From contig QMMV01000001.1 of assembly GCA_003647435.1 (NCBI GenBank), positions 1 through 35,759 on the forward strand: a stretch of 35,759 bases of DNA, given 5' to 3'. The DNA is from Deltaproteobacteria bacterium (GTDB lineage: Bacteria; Desulfobacterota; Desulfobacteria; Desulfobacterales; C00003060). Shown in pieces: positions 17,432-27,114 of the stretch (its first letter is position 1; every line of letters begins with the position of its first letter). A program made the translations under genes and the position numbers. The notes under the pieces were generated by a model, which searched no databases, was not told where the DNA came from, and saw only the letters and a list, made by a program, of their open reading frames with translations.

Positions 17432-19250
17432 TGTCGTCCTCCGTCGCCGGTTCGAAACGAGGGCGCAAGCACTTCATGGCCTCTGCGTCGTTAACGCCAA
17501 CAAGCAGCCCAAGGTCTCGCAAGCGCCGTTCAAGAACAGCTCGGTTCAATCGCAGCAGTTCGTTTGAAATCGCCATTCCCACCGGAGCCGTATCGACACA
17601 GAAACCATAGCGATCATGGAGTATCTCCAAAAAACTTTTGAGTGCCAGCGGCCGAGATCTAAGCCTTTTGCCTTTTTGCAGCACGTGTCGGTGAACCAAA
17701 TAGTCTAAAACCGAATCCGTAAAAACAAGTGAACGGATTTCGCGCGTCCTTCTCGTTCCGGCGCTCACGACTGCCCGTGTGACGCGTCTCTTGACGGCCA
17801 GTCCATTCGGACGTCCAATCAGTAATGCCGAGTCGATCATTGTGATCAGTCTCGATTGCGTATTCTTGCGTCCCTGTAGTGCCGTCAAAGCCTCTGCAAG
17901 ACGCCAGACCGGATTCGGCTGAACGTTTTCATCTCGCAGTAGTTGTGCGTGCTCGGGGTAATCCTCTTCCAATCTTTCGGCCAGTTCAGCGGCTTTACGA
18001 TCCAAATCATAGAGAATCGGTTCGGCTTCCTCGCGACGTTTGTGGAGCAAATCACCCAGCAGGTTCAACCACTCGGTCGCATACGGCCGGGTCTGAACAG
18101 GGAGTTTTTTGACCTTGGGGTCGTAGTGTGCCCAGCGATCGAGCAGGCGAAGGGCCATCAGGACAACCGGGAAGCGTTCGATACGACGCATGAAATCATC
18201 CATCGACTGCTCGGCAAGCTTTCTGAGGTCCCGATCCACACCATTGGAACAATCCACGAAGAGGGAGGCTTGGCTCTGGTTGCGTCTGTTTCGTATCTCG
18301 CCAGTATCTGCCCATTCGAATAGAAGTTCGATCACGCTAGTCAGAATCGTCGTCAACCCGACCGCCATGCACGATTCCAATAGTTCCACGAAACTGTGGC
18401 GGGGAATTAGTGTTGAGTAGGCGCGGACGAAATTCCGGATATCCTCGGAGAAATACCTGGCCGCTCGCTCGGCAATCGGCCGTTGATTCGAAATCTTGTC
18501 CCCCTCTTTGCCCCGCAATTTGTCCGGAGCCGCCCCCAGCTGTTGCGCCAGGCGAATCATGAGCAACTGGTCCAGGCCGACGGGCGTCTTTTCGGCAAAG
18601 TGATCGGACGTACGGCTACTTATCTCGCCCCGTCGCGTGATACCCTGATGGAAGGCACGCAGAAGAACATTTGCTTCGAAATCCCGGCCGACTGCGAACC
18701 ACGTGCGATCCCCTTCGCGATTTTGCTGTACGTACTCGCCATTCTGGTTGGCTAACATTGCGACGATCATTTCTGGTACATAGCGCAGGTTTGTGACGGC
18801 GTCGGGAAGATCTACCCAACTGGCCATATAATGGGCCGGGGCGACGCGCTGGACTTGCTCCGTTCTGCCAAGGGAGCGTTTGGCATTTTCGAGGCAGAAG
18901 CAGAGCAAGAGGTCACCGAGAATGGCTCGTTCGGTTTCACCGTCAAAGCCCTCGAACGCCTCCGCTTCGGCCAGTTTACCTGCTACACGTTCGATCGTTG
19001 CCGCCCGCCGGCGTTCTCGGGGCGTTCCTGCGGTTCCGCCAAATACATCCAGGAACCGCCCTTTGCCCCGCCGTTGGGCGAAACGAAACATGTAGAATAC
19101 AGCCGGCAACACAGCGGAGAGGTCAAAATCCTGGACCGACACAGGTAATGCCCTTTCGTAATTGCCTGTCCATATTTCACGCGTCATGCCACGCCCAAAC
19201 ACATCATCGACGATAGCGCGGGCGGTGGTGGCTCTCTGGGCGGGCTTCAT
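17418..19250 (-). CDS. 610-aa protein with no motif I recognise (occupies the DptG position)
   Basis: Long ORF with an ATGA start/stop overlap with the upstream gene and a 14-nt overlap with the downstream gene. A GGAGG SD lies inside the end of the upstream gene. Confidence 0.8.
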   Translation of the reverse strand: MKPAQRATTARAIVDDVFGRGMTREIWTGNYERALPVSVQDFDLSAVLPAVFYMFRFAQRRGKGRFLDVFGGTAGTPRERRRAATIERVAGKLAEAEAFEGFDGETERAILGDLLLCFCLENAKRSLGRTEQVQRVAPAHYMASWVDLPDAVTNLRYVPEMIVAMLANQNGEYVQQNREGDRTWFAVGRDFEANVLLRAFHQGITRRGEISSRTSDHFAEKTPVGLDQLLMIRLAQQLGAAPDKLRGKEGDKISNQRPIAERAARYFSEDIRNFVRAYSTLIPRHSFVELLESCMAVGLTTILTSVIELLFEWADTGEIRNRRNQSQASLFVDCSNGVDRDLRKLAEQSMDDFMRRIERFPVVLMALRLLDRWAHYDPKVKKLPVQTRPYATEWLNLLGDLLHKRREEAEPILYDLDRKAAELAERLEEDYPEHAQLLRDENVQPNPVWRLAEALTALQGRKNTQSRLITMIDSALLIGRPNGLAVKRRVTRAVVSAGTRRTREIRSLVFTDSVLDYLVHRHVLQKGKRLRSRPLALKSFLEILHDRYGFCVDTAPVGMAISNELLRLNRAVLERRLRDLGLLVGVNDAEAMKCLRPRFEPATEDDNAVV

Positions 19251-22200
19251 GGCTGACCTCCTAATGGAAGCGGCTTGAGGACAATCTGCTGCCGAGGACC
19301 TTCGGACCGCTCATCGATTTCGGCAAAGACCCTATAAATAGTCTCGTCTTGCATGGGATTCCATACGAGCAATTCGCGCTCGTCCTCACGAACAAGCCGC
19401 TGGACGAAAATCGAAAGGTTGGCGAACGTATCATCTGTCGATACGTCTCCTAACTGGTATCCGTCACTTAGCTCCAGAAGGAGGTGGAACAACTCAGCTC
19501 CCAATCGCAGGCGTTCTTCTCTACCGTCACGATAGCGATAGATCAGAAATGCGTGTCGGTGTAGTCGATCAATACCCTCCACTGCGGGTGGCAGGTCGGG
19601 TTCGATCCGAAAGGCGTCGAGCGGTTTTTCAACCCAGAATGCTGTCTCAGTGGGTGTTCGAGGCGTGATACGCAAAGGAACGACCCCTTCCCGATCCAGT
19701 GCCTGTGGGGGAAGGTCTTCAAGGCGCGAGATACCGGCGCAGAGACGATCACGCAAAGTCCGCAATTCGTCGGCCTCCTGTACAAGGGCCAGATTGCGGA
19801 AAAGCTGAAGATCCCTCCCGCGGGCAAGATCTAGCACACGAGGGTCGCCGACAATCTGTTCAATGTGCTCCTTGGTCCATTCAAAGTAGGCTCGGCGGCG
19901 CGCTGATTCCAGCGAAAGTCGCTCGTATCGCGGCGCTGTCTTCGTACTCTCTGCAAATGGTCTGCTTAATAGATAGCGGTCGATTTGCGGATGGGCCTCA
20001 AGAGCAGGATCGAATCGTGCCAGCTCTCGGAGGGCTTCTCCTTGGCGTCCAGGGGAGTATGACACAAACGCCCGATCCCAATATGGCAGCGGGGTAACAT
20101 CAGAGCCATCATGGTAATCATCGCAGAAATGGACACCGAATAGAATATAGACCAACGCAGCCCGCAGTTCGCGAATCGTAATGTGCGTTTCCCCACGCAA
20201 GTGCACAGCCTGCAACGCTTCGAATAACCGACGACGGGCACGCTGACGGGTACTCGGATCAACGGGCTCCGGCACGCCCTCCGGCCCGAAAACACGGGTA
20301 GCCCGAAATACTTCACATCGCTCCTTCGCGGAACATGACTGACATGGCCTCCAAATCGCCGACGTTTTGTCACCTCCATAGAGTTGATCCAGCAGCCGCT
20401 CGAGGAAGTCAGTCTGGATGACTTTCCGGTCAGACGTAACACCTCCTACCAGCGATCTTCCGTTGAGATCAATGAACCGGATGTGAGATTCCCGCTTGGT
20501 CTCTTCGGCTTGAAGAAGCTCATATAGTTCTTCAGTGAGTGCAGTTGTATTCCCGCCATTGTGCAGCTCTATTCCTTCGATCCATTCCAGCAGCCGGCCG
20601 TCATTGATGGCCAACAGATGCACGATGTCCTCGGTGGGAAGACCTTCCTGGAAGGGGGCGAGGAATTTGTCGAGGATCTCGTCAGCCGAACGTCCACGCC
20701 AGGCCGCTGAGCCATCCAGATTCATGCGGACAATCAAGCCGTCATCCATCCTGCCCTCGAGAAGGCGCTCCGACGACGGGTGCTCGCCAAACCCGAGTCG
20801 TGTTGCGAGGTGTTGAAGCAGTGCTGTCTTGCCATCACCAGCGTTCCCGCACAGGATCACCAACCGAACGCGCCGTTCTCGAATGTCATGTTCCAATGTC
20901 TCTTCAAGCCGGGTCTCAACATAAGTCTGCGCAGCAAACGGCGTGTCTAAACCTCGCGTCTCGCGGTTACCCCACCGGGAACCTGGGTAGGATTGAAGCA
21001 GTGAGCGCAGCCATTCTATCTTGTGCTCTCGCAGATCCTGTAATCTGGAAGGTTCCGTTTCCGTTGGTTTCTGCGGCAATTCCTCTTCCGGCTGCTCCTC
21101 CGCTGGCTGCGGCGTCGTTAGAGCGGCCAATGCTTCGGTTGCAGAAGAAAAACGCTGACTCGGTTCTGGGTAGGTTGCCTTGTCTATAAAAGCAGCAAGG
21201 ATCGGATATTCATTACGATTGATGCCTTCCCAGTTTACACCTCTTTCTTTGGCCAGCTCTCCGCCGTACCGGAAGGGCTCTCTGTCGAAGACGACGTGGA
21301 AGAAACTAGCTGCCAAAGCATAAATGTCATCCGAAGCGGAAGCTAGTCGACCCTCACCATAGGAAGGTGAGCAATATAGAACCGTGCCTGGGCCACGGAT
21401 GGGCTCGCCAATCTTGTTAACGAAATCATAATCGGTCAGGACAAGGTCGCTTCCGGAAACGATCATATTGCGCGGGCTGACGTCCCCATGTACGAGGCCA
21501 TTGCGATGAAGCACGTCCAGCGCTTCACACATGAGGTGCAACCACCGAGCGGCCAAGCCTTCACTCGACGTTTCCTGTTGGTCTTCGGCTAACAATGGAA
21601 ACACGCCGCTGAATTCACCCAGTGGGGTGCCATCGAGCCATGTCATGAGGGCGACAAACTCATTTACTCGCCATTCTCGCGCTACCTCGTAGATTGCCGA
21701 AAGGCCTGCGTGGCGACCAAGATGGGAGCGAGCCAAGCCATACGACTTCAGTACACGCTGGCCTACCTCCGCTTCGTGCGCTACTTTGGCAACGTACGTT
21801 CCAAGATCCTCCTTTGTCGATGACTCAATCTCAACAACCTTGAACGCTGTCCCCACGCCTCCCGAACCAAGACGTGAGACAATGCGGTAATCACGACCGT
21901 GGAAGCGTACCAGTTGGTCTTCCGTCCAAAACCTTGCCGGCGGTGCCGCAGGCGGCGGTACGGATTCGCCGAGGAGCTGGGAGAAAGACACCTCCAGATC
22001 CTTCAGCGTACAGCGCTCTTGTGGTTCCTCTGCAAGGCCCTTCGCGAGCGCTTCCAATGCGGCCACACTATCTTCATCGTGACGTTCCTGAAACAAAACG
22101 TTCAAAGAAGCGCACAGCGAATACACATCCGACCGTTGGTCGGCAGCGCCTAAGCCCTGTGTTCGAACCTCAGGAGCTATCGTCAATTTTTGTTCAAGCG

Positions 22201-23272
22201 GAATCTGCTTAGAAGCGACCGTCACCTGCGAAGGAATCTTCATGCGGTCAAAGCCGGTGAGGATCGGTGAGTTGTCGTGTTTCACGAGGACCGTGTGCGG
22301 AGTAAGATTGCGGTGGACGAACGGTTGATCCTCCGTCCCTTCGCCATGAAGTTCAGATATAGTACGAATAACGTTCCGCGCGAACGCCAATCGGCTCATC
22401 GTATCCCATGTATCATCTAACACACGTTCTGCGATACATGGTGCGGCAGGGTCGACCACGGTGAAAAAGAACATCTCGCCCGCGTATCCCGGGGCGCTCT
22501 GGTACGAATCAAGAATACGCGGTGCCCACGTATGCAGTTGAAGACGCTGTAGCGCCTCAAACTCACGTCTGGCTTTGGTCTCGGCATTCTTGTCATCGCT
22601 TGTAGACAGGTCGTAGAGGTGCAGAATCACGCGGTCCTGTCTGGCAGAGTGAACCCCTTTGTATATCCGGTGGAACCGTTCTTCCCTCGGCGTTTGCAGC
22701 TCCAGGTTGACGTAGCCTCCAAACCGCCTGAGAGACCCATCTATGGCCACTTTGCTCTTTGGAGCCAACAGCCGGCTTAATGAGTCTATTTGTAAAGCAG
22801 ATAATATCGTAGGTTTCTCAAGTCCGACTGCCTTCTTCCATCCATTCAACGTATGGAAGGAAACACCTCGTACAACTGTTTCAGCGAGTCGCTGGGCCTT
22901 GGATGACTCACGAGTCAGCAAGATCACGCCATCCACATACGGAAGCACCGGAACCTTTCTACGAAGCGTTGTTCCGAGCTTACGCGCCTTATTCGTGATT
23001 TTGTCGACCTCTTGCTCCACTTCGTCCCTGTGTTTGTCCACCCATTGCGAATCCCAGTGCTTGACCTCTATAACGCGTATTCCAGATGGGCTAATCGCAA
23101 CAATGTCAATCTCGTCGGACTGTAGCTGATGGTTTACAGAGAAGGCCAGATTCGTTAAAAGAATCCATTTCCCATCGCCGGGCGTAGATTGCAGACGGTT
23201 CTTTAAGAATTCAAACGCCTTTAGCTCGCTCTCGTTTGCTGCGGGGCCGCAGGGAATGATGGTTACTTGCAT
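19247..23272 (-). CDS. 1341-aa fusion: NERD nuclease-like domain + degenerate kinase + intact Ser/Thr-type kinase + P-loop NTPase/Cys-cluster module
   Basis: NERD: DEIDIVAISPSGIRVIEVKHW. Pseudokinase: HRNLTPHT, GFD, and no Gly-loop or Lys. Kinase: LGSGGVGTAF, YVAKV, HGDVSPRN, DYD. Walker A: ILCGNAGDGKTALL. Also LLAINDG and CQSCSAKERC. AAGGAG SD 8 nt upstream of the ATG. Confidence 0.88.
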   Translation of the reverse strand: MQVTIIPCGPAANESELKAFEFLKNRLQSTPGDGKWILLTNLAFSVNHQLQSDEIDIVAISPSGIRVIEVKHWDSQWVDKHRDEVEQEVDKITNKARKLGTTLRRKVPVLPYVDGVILLTRESSKAQRLAETVVRGVSFHTLNGWKKAVGLEKPTILSALQIDSLSRLLAPKSKVAIDGSLRRFGGYVNLELQTPREERFHRIYKGVHSARQDRVILHLYDLSTSDDKNAETKARREFEALQRLQLHTWAPRILDSYQSAPGYAGEMFFFTVVDPAAPCIAERVLDDTWDTMSRLAFARNVIRTISELHGEGTEDQPFVHRNLTPHTVLVKHDNSPILTGFDRMKIPSQVTVASKQIPLEQKLTIAPEVRTQGLGAADQRSDVYSLCASLNVLFQERHDEDSVAALEALAKGLAEEPQERCTLKDLEVSFSQLLGESVPPPAAPPARFWTEDQLVRFHGRDYRIVSRLGSGGVGTAFKVVEIESSTKEDLGTYVAKVAHEAEVGQRVLKSYGLARSHLGRHAGLSAIYEVAREWRVNEFVALMTWLDGTPLGEFSGVFPLLAEDQQETSSEGLAARWLHLMCEALDVLHRNGLVHGDVSPRNMIVSGSDLVLTDYDFVNKIGEPIRGPGTVLYCSPSYGEGRLASASDDIYALAASFFHVVFDREPFRYGGELAKERGVNWEGINRNEYPILAAFIDKATYPEPSQRFSSATEALAALTTPQPAEEQPEEELPQKPTETEPSRLQDLREHKIEWLRSLLQSYPGSRWGNRETRGLDTPFAAQTYVETRLEETLEHDIRERRVRLVILCGNAGDGKTALLQHLATRLGFGEHPSSERLLEGRMDDGLIVRMNLDGSAAWRGRSADEILDKFLAPFQEGLPTEDIVHLLAINDGRLLEWIEGIELHNGGNTTALTEELYELLQAEETKRESHIRFIDLNGRSLVGGVTSDRKVIQTDFLERLLDQLYGGDKTSAIWRPCQSCSAKERCEVFRATRVFGPEGVPEPVDPSTRQRARRRLFEALQAVHLRGETHITIRELRAALVYILFGVHFCDDYHDGSDVTPLPYWDRAFVSYSPGRQGEALRELARFDPALEAHPQIDRYLLSRPFAESTKTAPRYERLSLESARRRAYFEWTKEHIEQIVGDPRVLDLARGRDLQLFRNLALVQEADELRTLRDRLCAGISRLEDLPPQALDREGVVPLRITPRTPTETAFWVEKPLDAFRIEPDLPPAVEGIDRLHRHAFLIYRYRDGREERLRLGAELFHLLLELSDGYQLGDVSTDDTFANLSIFVQRLVREDERELLVWNPMQDETIYRVFAEIDERSEGPRQQIVLKPLPLGGQP

Positions 23273-23284
23273 CTCGCTATCTCC

Positions 23285-23755
23285 TTAAGGTTTCGCAGGT
23301 TCTTCCTGCGATTCGCCTGCTTGCTGCAACACGTGGATGGCGGTATCACGCATGTCCATTTTCACCATCCTACCACGTGGCCTTTCTTTAGAAGATAAAC
23401 CCATACGCAAGCGGCTTTCCCTGGCGTAAGCCGGATGTTTCTCATAAACGGTTTTGAGCAAGGTGTTGTGGTCGAGGACCGCGGCGACGTCGAACGCGGT
23501 GGAGATGCCCCGGCGAATTTCGAGGTTCGGCGCGATCACCAGAACACGGCCTTGGGCAATCTCGAAGGGCAGCAGCGCCATGAGGCCCGTCTTGCCGCAG
23601 CCCACCGGAATTTGAAGGATGGCGTGCTCGGAACTGTTCCGGAAATGCTGGCGCGTGCGGAACCATCCCTCCACCTGGGGATCGCGCAAGTCCGGGTTGC
23701 CCTGGATGAAAGCCCGGGTGTCGTTGAAGAACCTTGCTATTTCCTCATTTGTCAT
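23285..23755 (-). pseudogene. N-terminal stub of an SF2 (DEAD/DEAH or Res-type) helicase
   Basis: Motif I QIPVGCGKTG and Ia VLVIAPNLEIRRGI are present. There is no motif II or later, and the tail looks non-homologous. Its ATG overlaps the hsdR stop (ATGA). Confidence 0.6.
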
Positions 23756-26700
23756 ACCTTTTCTGCCCAATCTCGGCAAACGACTTCCGCCTGTTCCAGA
23801 ACAAGCTCCGTAGCGCGGGCCTGCTTATCAGGTGGATAGCCATACCGGCGAAGAATGCGTTTGACCATCACACGCATCTGTGCACGGACGTTCTCCCTGA
23901 CGGTCCAGTCGATGGTGACGTTATTCCGCACCGCACGAAGGAGTTCTTGTGCGATGATTCGAAGGGTTTCGTCCCCAAGAACCTTCACAGCGCTGTCGTT
24001 GACCTCCAGAGCATCGTAGAAGGCAATTTCATCTTCTGTAAGGCCAAGTTCTTCTCCGCGGGCGTCGGCCTCCCGTAGGTCTTTAGCGAGCGCGATCAAC
24101 TCTTCGATCACCTGAGCGGTTTCTATGGCCCGGTTCTGGTATCGCCGAATCGAGTTCTCGAGCATCTCGGAGAACGATCTCGCTTGAACGATATTCTTTC
24201 TTCCACGCGTCTTGATTTCGCCTTCCAGCAGCTTACGAAGCATCTCAACGGCTAGGTTCCGCTGTGGCAAACCTCGGATTTCTGCCAGGAACTCATCCGA
24301 CAGGATGGAGATATCCGGCCTCTTGAGTCCAGCCGCAGCGAAGATGTCGATGACTTCATCCGATGCCACTGCTTTCGATACGATCTGACGGATGGCGTGA
24401 TCGATTTCTTCCGGGCTACGCCGATCCACCCCGGCACTCTTGGTCAACACTGACTTCACGGCTTGGAAAAAGGCCACGTCGTCGCGAATTTCCAGGGCTT
24501 TCTCATGCGGTACAGCCAAAGCGAAAGCCTTAGAAAGCTCCGACACCGCCCTGGCCAGCCGATTCTTGCCGTCTTCCTGTTTAAGAACATGCTCCTGAGC
24601 TGCTGGTAGAATCACCAGGCGTTCTTGGGGGTCTCCATCAATCCAGGCAGACCATTCGAAACCGTGGAAGATGCCGCAGCAGACCTCGTATTTCTCCAGC
24701 ATCACGGCCACAGCTTCTTCCTGATCAACAGCGGTTCTGCCCTTGCCCCCACTCTCGGTGTAGGTCGCGAGCGCGGATTTCAACTCGTGAGCAAGGCCCA
24801 GATAGTCGACGACCAGACCGCCCGGTTTATCTTTGAAGACCCGGTTCACCCGGGCGATGGCCTGCATCAGGCCATGACCGCGCATGGGCTTGTCCATATA
24901 CATCGTATGCAGGCAGGGAACATCGAAACCGGTCAACCACATGTCCCTGACGATGACCATCTTGAACGGGTCCTCAGCGACCTTGAATCGCTTGGCAAGT
25001 TCTTCTCGTCTGGCCTTGTTGCGGATGTGCTGTTGCCACTCCACAGGGTCTGAAGCAGACCCCGTCATCACTACTTTCAGGCTTCCTTTGTCGTCGTCGC
25101 TATGGTGCCAGTCCGGCCGGAGCCGGGCGATGGCCTCGTAGAGCTCAACACAGATTCGGCGGCTCATGCAGACCACCATGGCCTTACCGTCCATCGCTTC
25201 AAGCCGGCGCTCAAAGTGATCGACTATGTCCTGGGCGATCAGCCGGATACGCTTCTCTGCACCGACGAGGGCCTCAAGTTGCGCCCACTTGGTTTTGAGC
25301 TTTTCTTTGTGCTCAACCTCTTCGCCTTCGGTGGCTTCTTCGAACTCCTCGTCGAGCTTTGGCCGTTCGGCCTCATCGAGTTCCAGCTTGGCGAGGCGAC
25401 TTTCATAATAGATCGGGACCGTGGCTCCATCCTTCACTGCCCGCTCGATGTCGTAGACGCTGACGTAATCTCCAAAAACGGCGCGGGTGTTCTTGTCCGT
25501 CAGCTCGATGGGCGTGCCGGTAAAACCAATGAAGGATGCGTTGGGCAGCGCCTCGCGCATGTGCCGCGCGAAGCCGTCGATAAAGTCGTATTGGCTGCGG
25601 TGGGCTTCGTCGGCGATCACCACGATATTGCGCCGATCCGACAAAAGGGGATGCTGGTCTTCTCCCTCGGTGGGAAAAAACTTGTGGACCGTCGTGAATA
25701 CCACGCCCCCTGATCCCGTGTGCAACAATTCCCGCAGATGCGCCCGGCTTTGTGCCTGCTCGGGTTGTTGCCGGAGAAGTTCATGGCAGCGCGCGAACGT
25801 CCCGAATAACTGGTCGTCCAGGTCGTTGCGGTCAGTGATGATAACCAGCGTCGGGTTCTCCATCGCCGGGTGGAGCACGACACGTCCGGCATAGAACGCC
25901 ATGGTCAGGCTTTTCCCTGATCCCTGAGTGTGCCACACCACACCAACTCGCTTGTCCCCGCCGGCTCCAGCCGCCCGAACGGTCGAATCCAGCGCCAGGT
26001 TCACCGCGTGGTACTGGTGATACCCGGCCATCTTCTTGACCAGCACACCGCCGCCTGTGTCCTCGAACACGATGAAATGCCGGACCAAGTCCAGGAATCG
26101 CCGTTTCTCGAACACACCCTCCAGTACTACCTGGAGCTGCGGCAGTTTGTCGTCCGCCAGTTCCTCACCCTCGATTGTCCGCCAGGGCATGAACCATTCC
26201 CGGTCGGACGTCAGCGTCCCGATCCGGGCCTGTACGCCGTCGGATATCACCAGCGCTTCGTTAAACGCGAAGAGCCGTGGTATCTGCTCTTTGTAGGTCT
26301 GAAACTGGTTGAACGCCGACCAGATGGTCGCGCTCTCGGTGGCCGCATTTTTCAGCTCGATCACCGCCAACGGAAGGCCGTTGACGAACAGCACTACGTC
26401 AGGACGACGCTCATGCCGATCCTCGACAACGGTGAACTGATTGACCGCCAGAAACTCGTTGTTCTCCGGCATGTCGTAGTCCAGCACGCGAACGAGGTCG
26501 CCGCCGATGGAGCCGCCTGCCTGCCGCGCCCGTCCAGCAGCGATCTCACGTTTCAGCCATGTTCGACCATATCCGGTCTTGAGCCATTTCTCGCGTTCCA
26601 CCGCCTTCTCGCGCGATTCGTGCTCTTCGTAGTATTCTATACAGACAGGTCTGTGTTTCCGAGTGTGTTCCGCAGCCGTCCCCGCTAAATGTTCACGCCA

Positions 26701-27114
26701 ACGCCGCTCCAGATATTCTGTTTGTCCTATGTAGATGCTGTCATCATCACACCGTATCGCATAAACGAAAAAACAGCCGGGACGCGGCGCAGGCAGGTCA
26801 GCCCGCTGGTACTCGACGGGAACGCCATCGACCAGGTACTTGTGTATGAGGTGGTTATTCGCCACGAGCGTTGGCATGTCCGGTCGAGTCAGCTTGCGGA
26901 ACGCCTCTTCCAGGGCGTCGGCCGGCACCTGGGGATTGAGCCGCTGGAGCGCCTGACGCAAGCGCGATTCCAGAATCACTTGTTCATAATCTTCACGCTC
27001 AGCCGCCGGTTCTCCCGGGGCGATCTCCGGCCCGGACAGGATGGTGTAATCTAGCGCCTCCAGCCAGGCGAGGGCGGCTTGTTCAACCGTGGTTTCGGCG
27101 AACGATCCACTCAT
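23752..27114 (-). CDS. hsdR: Type I restriction enzyme R subunit, carrying an in-frame GIY-YIG insertion
   Basis: HsdR N-terminus. Nuclease motif [19 protein letters not shown]. Helicase motifs [19 protein letters not shown] and FTGTP. Conserved C-terminal domain. Confidence 0.95.
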   Translation of the reverse strand: MSGSFAETTVEQAALAWLEALDYTILSGPEIAPGEPAAEREDYEQVILESRLRQALQRLNPQVPADALEEAFRKLTRPDMPTLVANNHLIHKYLVDGVPVEYQRADLPAPRPGCFFVYAIRCDDDSIYIGQTEYLERRWREHLAGTAAEHTRKHRPVCIEYYEEHESREKAVEREKWLKTGYGRTWLKREIAAGRARQAGGSIGGDLVRVLDYDMPENNEFLAVNQFTVVEDRHERRPDVVLFVNGLPLAVIELKNAATESATIWSAFNQFQTYKEQIPRLFAFNEALVISDGVQARIGTLTSDREWFMPWRTIEGEELADDKLPQLQVVLEGVFEKRRFLDLVRHFIVFEDTGGGVLVKKMAGYHQYHAVNLALDSTVRAAGAGGDKRVGVVWHTQGSGKSLTMAFYAGRVVLHPAMENPTLVIITDRNDLDDQLFGTFARCHELLRQQPEQAQSRAHLRELLHTGSGGVVFTTVHKFFPTEGEDQHPLLSDRRNIVVIADEAHRSQYDFIDGFARHMREALPNASFIGFTGTPIELTDKNTRAVFGDYVSVYDIERAVKDGATVPIYYESRLAKLELDEAERPKLDEEFEEATEGEEVEHKEKLKTKWAQLEALVGAEKRIRLIAQDIVDHFERRLEAMDGKAMVVCMSRRICVELYEAIARLRPDWHHSDDDKGSLKVVMTGSASDPVEWQQHIRNKARREELAKRFKVAEDPFKMVIVRDMWLTGFDVPCLHTMYMDKPMRGHGLMQAIARVNRVFKDKPGGLVVDYLGLAHELKSALATYTESGGKGRTAVDQEEAVAVMLEKYEVCCGIFHGFEWSAWIDGDPQERLVILPAAQEHVLKQEDGKNRLARAVSELSKAFALAVPHEKALEIRDDVAFFQAVKSVLTKSAGVDRRSPEEIDHAIRQIVSKAVASDEVIDIFAAAGLKRPDISILSDEFLAEIRGLPQRNLAVEMLRKLLEGEIKTRGRKNIVQARSFSEMLENSIRRYQNRAIETAQVIEELIALAKDLREADARGEELGLTEDEIAFYDALEVNDSAVKVLGDETLRIIAQELLRAVRNNVTIDWTVRENVRAQMRVMVKRILRRYGYPPDKQARATELVLEQAEVVCRDWAEKV
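26516..26797 (-). mobile_element. 282-bp palindrome-bounded GIY-YIG cassette inserted in frame in hsdR
   Basis: Bounded by CCTGCCTG (26516-26523) and CAGGCAGG (26790-26797), with further imperfect inverted repeat inside those ends. Encodes 94 codons including FFVYAI..IYIGQT..RRWREH..EREKWLK. Confidence 0.8.
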
